DNA of 63,301 nt, the filler included, from Stramenopiles sp. TOSAG23-2 (Eukaryota), in NCBI GenBank assembly GCA_900128395.1. It is 19 parts of 19 records of this genome, joined end to end, with 100 filler letters (N's around TTAATTAATTAA, not from the genome) between each part and the next. Parts side by side here need not be neighbours in the genome. Positions count along the whole stretch, not along the records: positions 53,426 to 56,653 come from LT651316.1; positions 56,754 to 59,978 come from LT651317.1; positions 60,079 to 63,301 come from LT651318.1; 16 more parts are not named here. One strand, given 5' to 3'. Positions within the stretch are counted from its first letter, which is position 1, and the number at the start of each line of letters is the position of its first letter. The notes beneath the pieces were generated by a model that made no database searches, was not told where the DNA came from, and saw only the letters and a list, made by a program, of their open reading frames with translations. A program made the translations under genes and the position numbers. Of this stretch, positions 56,091 to 63,301 are shown one piece after another.

Positions 56091-57414
56091 TTATTATTCA
56101 GTATCGGATGGCCAGCATGGATTTCTACACATCCTCAAGAGGATGTGGCATTTAGATCTAGATATAACTATAACATTTTCATAATAGGTATATTATATTT
56201 TGGAGTGTCTCTCTTTGGGTCAGTATTTATCCCAAATCGCCCAAGAAAGGACTTCCCATGCTCAAACTGTGGCTCAAGTTACAGTGTGCTGTGGTGTGCA
56301 CACAGCCATTTTTCATGTGCCATTTTTCATGTTCTTGGTAGGTCAAAAATGGTCCAATCGTCACAAATCACAAATCCTCACCTATATATATTAATAGGAA
56401 CATTACGTCAAATATACTTCTTAGTATATTATAATAAAGATATACAAATACCACACAAGGCAAACATCCATTAAAATGAATAAATCAAAATTCATTGAAA
56501 ATTGTGATCAAATGAACCCTCCCTTCCCGAGAGAGAGATAGATAGAGCGATAGACCAGAGTCAATATCACATAGCAATAGATCTACACCAGAATATATAT
56601 AAGAAGATATACGTCAAAATAGAACAATAGTCTTTCTTCTTTCAATTGAATATNNNNNNNNNNNNNNNNNNNNNNNNNNNNNNNNNNNNNNNNNNNNTTA
56701 ATTAATTAANNNNNNNNNNNNNNNNNNNNNNNNNNNNNNNNNNNNNNNNNNNNTAGCGTAAATAATCACTATACTATTCACATACCAAGACGAATATCTA
56801 GACAAATATTTTTGCGGTAAATTTACCTTAACCTATTTTATATATATTGCCAATCCAATATCTTCATTCCAAGGCTTTTAAAAAAATGTAAGAAGTAAAA
56901 AATATCAAGTTAAATAAAATATACTCGTATGCATTACATTCAGGTGAAAATATCGCCACTCTCTCCTCCACTCACTCGTCGCCGTTAACATTTTTTTTAA
57001 AATATGGTTCTAGCTTTACATTGCAAAATTTTCGAACACATTCCGTTAAATATCCTTCTTCATTGTTGCACAGGAAAATAAAAGATAATAAATATTTTAA
57101 GGTTTTTGAAATGGCATCTTGATGTGTAGAATTATATATATTTTTAAAAAGAAAAGAACTAATTGAACTAATACAAGTACATTTAAGTCTATCAAATGCC
57201 TATTTAGATTTAAAATGTCGCTTTTTTAAAAGATTTAAAAACCAGAGTCTACTAATATACAAAAGGGTAATGATAATCATTTCAACTAGCGTTGTCTCCT
57301 TTAGCAAACGAAATACACACACACAACAGACATACAGATGATTAAATAATATTAACAAACAACAATTAATGTCGCTCGAAATACAGAAATATTTATCTCT
57401 ATCCATTTCTATTA

Positions 57415-59978
57415 TCAACTAAAATTATAACTACCGATCCAAAACATAATACTTGGTACAACTAATGTTCTTACTATGAAAGTATCAAACAAGACACCAC
57501 ATAACAAATAAAAACTCAATTGATTCAATACAGGGATATCACCAAGTAATAATCCAAAAAATGCCAATGCTTGGATGACGCCAGCAGCTGTAATGATTGT
57601 TCCTGTTTCGACCATACCTGCTAAAATTGATTTACGTGTTGATAAGCCACTTTCTTTAAACTCAACGACTCTGCCAACAAAGAAAATATCGTAATCCAAT
57701 GCAATACCGACAAGTATTGGAAAGGTAACAGGAGGTACAAGCCATATCAACCCTGGATCACTTGTCGGTGTTAATCCAGCTAAACCGACAAATTCAAAAT
57801 AATTATCACAATACGTAATCTTTGCCATACCCTGGACAAATAATATCGTAACGGCAATGGTTATAATACCTCTTAATGCTAATATGACAGAACGAAACGA
57901 CAAACCAACGGTTATTAAGACAATTACGGATATGATACTAATCATCAATGGCCATGCTGCATATACGCCTTTAACCGAATCAGAAACATCACAACCAAAA
58001 CCACTTAAATACATTTTTAAACCTAATGTAGATGCTTGTTCATCCATAACCTTACGAAAGGAATCTATCCATTTTCTAGCCTCTGAGCCAAATGGTGGAA
58101 TGCCTAATTCAATTTCTATTATGGTAACTGTTCTATCATGGTTTAAAAATTCTTTTGCAAATTTACTCAACAGTGGTTGCGCTAATGTACATACTAAATC
58201 CGTTTTTGAACAATTGTGCAATATTCCATCGCGAATACTACTTGGTTCTACTGGTATCCCACCAAATTCTTTCAACATAATTGATTGAATTTGAGTCAAT
58301 GCTGGAAACAAGCCATCTTGCATTTTTGCGTTATTAACATTATCTACTTCTTTTTGCCACTTCGCCAATAAATTTTGTATCGTAGAAATAAATTCAATTG
58401 ATATGACACTATCACTTCCACCATAACGTTTCACGTCATCCACTTCAATAAATAATGAAAATGGATACGCAGTGCCAGGTGCAAAGTCTTGCTCTAATCT
58501 TGCCAATGTTTTTGTACTTTCTCCACCTCTTGGTAGAAAACCAGTAAGTGTCGTACTCAATGTTGGATTAAATGCTTCTTTTCCAGGTAAATATACGCAA
58601 CATGCGCATATTAACAAGATAATAATCGAACCAATTCTAGTTTGTGTGATTAAACCAACTTGATACCATAATGTTGATTTATGCGATTGCAACAAACGAT
58701 TTAATGCTACTTGATCTCCATCCTTGAAACCATTTCCACCATTTCCACCAGGAGATGCTTTAATGTCGCTTAATACAGGCATTTCTGGATCGTTAATGTT
58801 ATTGCTCTTTGAGCTATCTTTTCCTTGAAAAAGATCTTCCTCCTCTTGCAATAATTCACTGAAACTTTTACTTCGCAAGCTCAGGGAGCTGCCTCTTAAA
58901 TTTTGATTTGATGCTGGTAAACATGATTTTGTAAAGAAATTTGGAAATTTAAAAATCATTGCAGGCAACAATGTTAATGTTACCGCCATCGTAAAAATCA
59001 AAGCTGTTGCACAACCAACACCAATCGTTTGTATTAAGTTTAAAGGTAATATCATTAAACCTAGAAAACATATGGTTAATGTAATACCACTTGCAAGAAT
59101 AATCTTTCCACTCGATCGTAATACTTTTATAATTGCAGTTTCCAACTCAATTCTATCTAATGAGACGTATGGATCCTGTGATTGAAAATGATTATCCAAA
59201 CGTATCATCGTCAATTCAACTTGCAATCTTGTTAAAAAGAACAAACTATAATCAATAGACATTGCCAATAAAATGGATCCCATTAAACTTGGCGTCGCTG
59301 TTAAAATTTGTAAACCACCAACAGCATAAAAATCCACAATTGCAAATGTAAGGGAAAATGCAACGGTTAACGATGTTAACGATACTGCTAATAAACGGAA
59401 TGAACGGATCATGATGCCTAAAATTAACATTGCAAATGGTACTACGATCGCATCCATTGTTTCTAACGATTCGATTGTACTAGCAATAATATTTTTATAC
59501 ATCGCTGGCAATCCACTTAATGAATATTCTGAAGTTGTGTATTTAGATGTCATTTGGTGCATTTTATCACGTAATTGATTTGCAAAACGAATTGATGATT
59601 GACTTGTTTCCGAATCTTTAATAGCAACTAAAATAATAGTTGATGTTGGTTTCGTTGCTACTGTACCATCTTTGTTATGTTGTAAAAATTCATTATATAA
59701 AAAATCTGGAACTCCCGTTTGTGCTTTTAATAAATAATAACTTTCCACTCCGTATATATAATCACCATATTCTTCCGTCAACGTTTTATTCAAATTAAAT
59801 GAAAATTCTTCAATCTCCTTGTTTTTTGTTACGTCACCATTGTCACCGTTTGCATATGCTAGAATCAATACATTGCTTATGTTTGCTTGAACAGGACATA
59901 ATTTTTCAAATTTACGATGTGATATAGCAGCTGGACTTGAATATGGTGGAGTAAATGCTAGTTGCGTATTAGTTAAAC
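57415..59978 (-). CDS. MMPL-family (RND superfamily) transporter, 5' truncated
   Basis: Two repeats of TM clusters with LLAMSIDYSLFFLTR..SGKIILASG and LVGIALDYDIFFVGRVVE..TGTIITAAG..FDTFIVRTLVVPS; the frame stays open to the contig edge. Confidence 0.88.
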
Positions 59979-60078
59979 NNNNNNNNNNNNNNNNNNNNNN
60001 NNNNNNNNNNNNNNNNNNNNNNTTAATTAATTAANNNNNNNNNNNNNNNNNNNNNNNNNNNNNNNNNNNNNNNNNNNN

Positions 60079-62771
60079 AGAGTTGATATACATGTACCTG
60101 TTTTAACATCCCATAATTTGATTGTTTTATCATACGAACCAGACACAATCATTGATCCATCATGATTGAATGCAACTGCATGGACACAATTCGAATGCCC
60201 AACCAACGTTTGTCGACATGCTCCGCCTGCAGCTTCATACGTTTGACGAATAGGATACCACCACCCTTTTCCACCATTTGGCCCTTTCCACGATTTCACA
60301 TGTTTCAACAATGTTCCTATCTCTTCATGATAAAATTCATTCATATTAACAGGATCAGCATATCCCATCAATCGTGCAACTAATTGTCCAGCCATTTGCC
60401 ATGGACTAGTACTCAAACCTGATTGTGACAAACGTAAAGCACTATGTAATAATTGAAATGGACGGTCATCAGCATTGCAATATTCTGCAACTCTATTTGC
60501 ATCTTCCACCAATGCATGTACTGGTCCTAGTACTGCACGTTGTAACAACCATTCAAATTGAAACATTAAACGCCTACCTTCTTTGCTTAGACCACCTTCA
60601 CATAAATGTTGTATCCCATATTTCATAGCATAGATAAATGCTTTACCGCGATTTTCAACATCCTCGATACACAAATCATTTTCAAATAAAATTTCAACAC
60701 ATTTTTTTCCAACTGTTTCATTTATTTTAGTCAAATCGATATACCATTGCTTGCGCCGTCTTTCCTTTTTAGTCAACCAATCACTTACACTTTTATGAAG
60801 TATATGGATGTAATCATTATAAATTGGGAAAAATTCAGATAATTTATTGGTAATCTCGATACATTCGTCCATACCATCCTGGAATTCAATAAAGTTTATC
60901 AACATATCAATATGCAATGGCTCGTTTGCAGCAATAATTACCTCAATAATTTTCCACATTGATGTCGTTTTAAATTTTTTATCAAACTTTTTACATTCAA
61001 ATAAGCGATTAAATTGCAGTTCGTAAAATCGTTCAATGCCTTTTGGAAATTCCTTCAGCTCATTTAACGATACAGTTTTACTTCTTGCTAAACGTTTCAT
61101 GATATAATGTATGTATATAAATAAATTCTCTGATTTATTTAAAAGTATTTCAACACCATTTGTTAAATCATCCCCAGATAAACCTTTTTCTGATAATATT
61201 TCATGTAAATATCTTTGAATATCAGCAATATTTTCTTTTGATTCAGCAGTTAATGACGTGGGGTTAAATTGACTCAAACAATCGACACTGCATACTTCAG
61301 GACGTGTTGTTATGATAAACGATAACCATGATGGTAGTGACTCAAAATGGTCTTGGATACAATTTAATAAATCATTCTTTAAATCAGTAGGCCCGCATTC
61401 GTCCAATCCATCAATTAAAATAACCCATTTCCTTTCACCTTCTTGTGTCGTTTCCACAGGAGGATCAATATCATGCAATGGTGCAAATAGTATATCAAAT
61501 ACATCATCAAGTTTCATACTTTCGTTTATTTCTTTATTTGAGATTTTTTCCTTATAAGGGATTGAACGTTCTGCAAGTTGAAATGAAATTGTTGTTAAAA
61601 CGTTGTAAGGATTTTTTTTGTTTTCATGTTTGTGATTGCAAAAAAAATGTGCAACAACATTTATATTTGCTGGATTATCGGGCTTGGTAAGCACACTAGC
61701 AATGGTAGTTTTACCGATACCTCCGACGCCAGACAAAATAAACATCCGTGAATTATGATTTTCATCATCATTATTGTTCCATCGCTTCATTTTTTCAAAG
61801 ACCCATTTACGAGAACCATCGTGAAATTGTTTCATTGCATTATCAATTCTCCCTGTAAATGTTTGTGGGTTTAATGTTTGTTGTAAGGAAATAGAAGCAA
61901 GTTGAGAGTTATGATCGTTATTATTTCGTTGTGACAATAACAGTGCATCAACTTTTTTATCAATGGCTTGTAATTGATTTGTATTTAACAAACTTAAATC
62001 CAGATCTAGTTGCTGTTGAATACTATCAATATTGTGTTTGAAACCTTCATAATCTTTTGCACGTAATATATCTGACTTTGCACGATATTCCTCAACACAC
62101 GTAAGAAGCCTATCAAAACTTTCTAAAACAGGTGAAATTGCTTCTTTTGACAAATCTGATTCTGAGATTGATTTCAAAATTTTACACCATGCAAAACAAC
62201 GTTCATGGAGTGTATTGCAATAAATATCATTTCGCTTAATTTGTTCAAGGGCTGACATTAGTTTTCCCACAACTCCAAATACTTGTCCAATTATCGGAGC
62301 CTTTTTCGTCAGTTCTTTGACACCAAAATAAGTGGCAAATGCGACACCACCTAAAGCACCAATAGTACCAATAATAGCACCCCCTTTTGCTGCACCAAGA
62401 CGTGAGTCGGTTATTTTCCTTTTTAATGAAAATGTTGAACACTTCCTGCATATACATTTTCCGCAATATCTGCAATGGTGATACCAAAAAAAGACTCCAA
62501 ATTCAACGGAACAGAGTTCACAAACCATCTGATTCTCATTTTTATGCCACTGCTCTTTATCAAGCTGTTTAAATAATTTATTTGCATCTGTATTATACTT
62601 CCATTTGTCGTAACAATCAAGACACGCACGGACTGCTATCGAGTTTTTAGTTTCTCCTTTATCTGTTTCTGCCTTTTTATTCTCTCCTTCATCTACCGCT
62701 AAAGATGCCATATCTGAAGATTCTGTTTCTCCATTTTTATTCTCCCCATCATCTACCGCTAAAGATGCCAT
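60079..62771 (-). CDS. NLR-like STAND protein: FYVE-type zinc finger + MLKL-N-like four-helix bundle + NACHT NTPase + WD40 repeats (3' truncated)
   Basis: HHCRYCGKCICRKCS; GSRKWVF..W; Walker A GVGGIGKT; VVAHFFC; Walker B VILIDGLDEC; IITTRPE; HILHKSVSDWL; LVGHSNCVHAVAFNHDGSMIVSGSYDKTIKLWDVKTGTC. Confidence 0.88.
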
Positions 62772-62780
62772 ATCTGAAGA
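62661..62780. repeat. 60-bp tandem duplication spanning the NLR-like gene start codon
   Basis: Encodes MASLAVDDGENKNGETESSD / MASLAVDEGENKKAETDK; the DNA units are nearly identical and include the tcttcagat upstream of each ATG. Confidence 0.9.
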
Positions 62781-63301
62781 ATCTTTTTAATTTTTTTTTT
62801 GATTATACAATAGAGTATAAAAAATATAATAAATATTTAAATATGTATTGGCTACTATACATATAATTGCGTCTAAACTATGCAAATTTATGAAATACTA
62901 TCTGCGTGCGATAATGTAGAAACAATGTACCATTTAAACCAATATATATATATCATACTTCATGTCGATCATCACCAAATAATAATAATCGATTTATCAT
63001 TTTTATACTTATTCGTAGTGTTTTGATAGGAAATATAGAGGAAATACCAAACATGCATCAAAGTATGGAAATTGAAGCAGGCGTTTGCTTATAGCATCGA
63101 CACAGCATTAAAATGAAGATTTTTGCGAAAAACAAAAAAAAAGATATGCTGTCAAAATATCCAGGCTATTTTTTTTACTAGAAGATTGGCAATACTAAAA
63201 AAAGCACATATGGATCATACTCCTCTGCCGGATTTCTAAGAAGTAGAAAAAACACTTTTCTTAAAGGTAAAATATCTGGGAGCCTGCACAAACACATTAG
63301 G

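Noticed and set aside
56145-56474. Cys/His-containing ORF as a zinc finger or gag remnant
   Set aside because: Non-ATG start, spacing does not fit CCHC or other known fingers, and it is on the opposite strand to the RT.
3248-60078. Regularly spaced TTAATTAATTAA as a biological repeat or CRISPR-like array
   Set aside because: Always embedded in exactly 44+44 Ns; it is a synthetic six-frame-stop linker.

Overview
This is AT-rich eukaryotic nuclear DNA, most likely from a heterotrophic protist (stramenopile-like, inferred from gene content). It is NOT one locus. It consists of 19 unlinked contigs of 3,247 down to 3,223 bp, sorted by decreasing length and joined by 18 identical artificial 100-bp spacers (44 N + TTAATTAATTAA + 44 N), so gene neighbourhood is meaningful only inside a contig. 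Genes are mostly intronless; TOR has two clear GT-AG introns. Recognisable products: four ion channels (two-pore channel, Kir, polycystin-2, SK-like K+ channel), the TOR N-terminus, a divergent Aquarius-like SF1 helicase, a triple-HMG-box protein, a PH/coiled-coil protein, mitochondrial L35, UMP-CMP kinase, GT31 galactosyltransferase, a WD40 protein, TNFR-like and TM-LRR-LNR surface proteins, a GH33 sialidase, a tandem cathepsin Z, an arylsulfatase, a DUF2236/MpaB-like oxygenase, an MMPL transporter, an HNH protein, a Ty3/gypsy RT fragment and tRNA-Ser(AGA). The most notable observations are: (i) an NLR-like protein with a circularly permuted FYVE finger, an MLKL-like four-helix bundle, a NACHT NTPase and WD40 repeats, a candidate protist innate-immunity/cell-death receptor; (ii) a UMP-CMP kinase domain nested inside a split DUF4286-like domain; (iii) a thioredoxin + lectin + 4x Cys-module membrane protein; (iv) a TPC with a basic second pore filter; and (v) at least two MITE-like foldback elements and other dispersed repeats shared between contigs. 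Family assignments come from motif recognition by eye; no searches were run.
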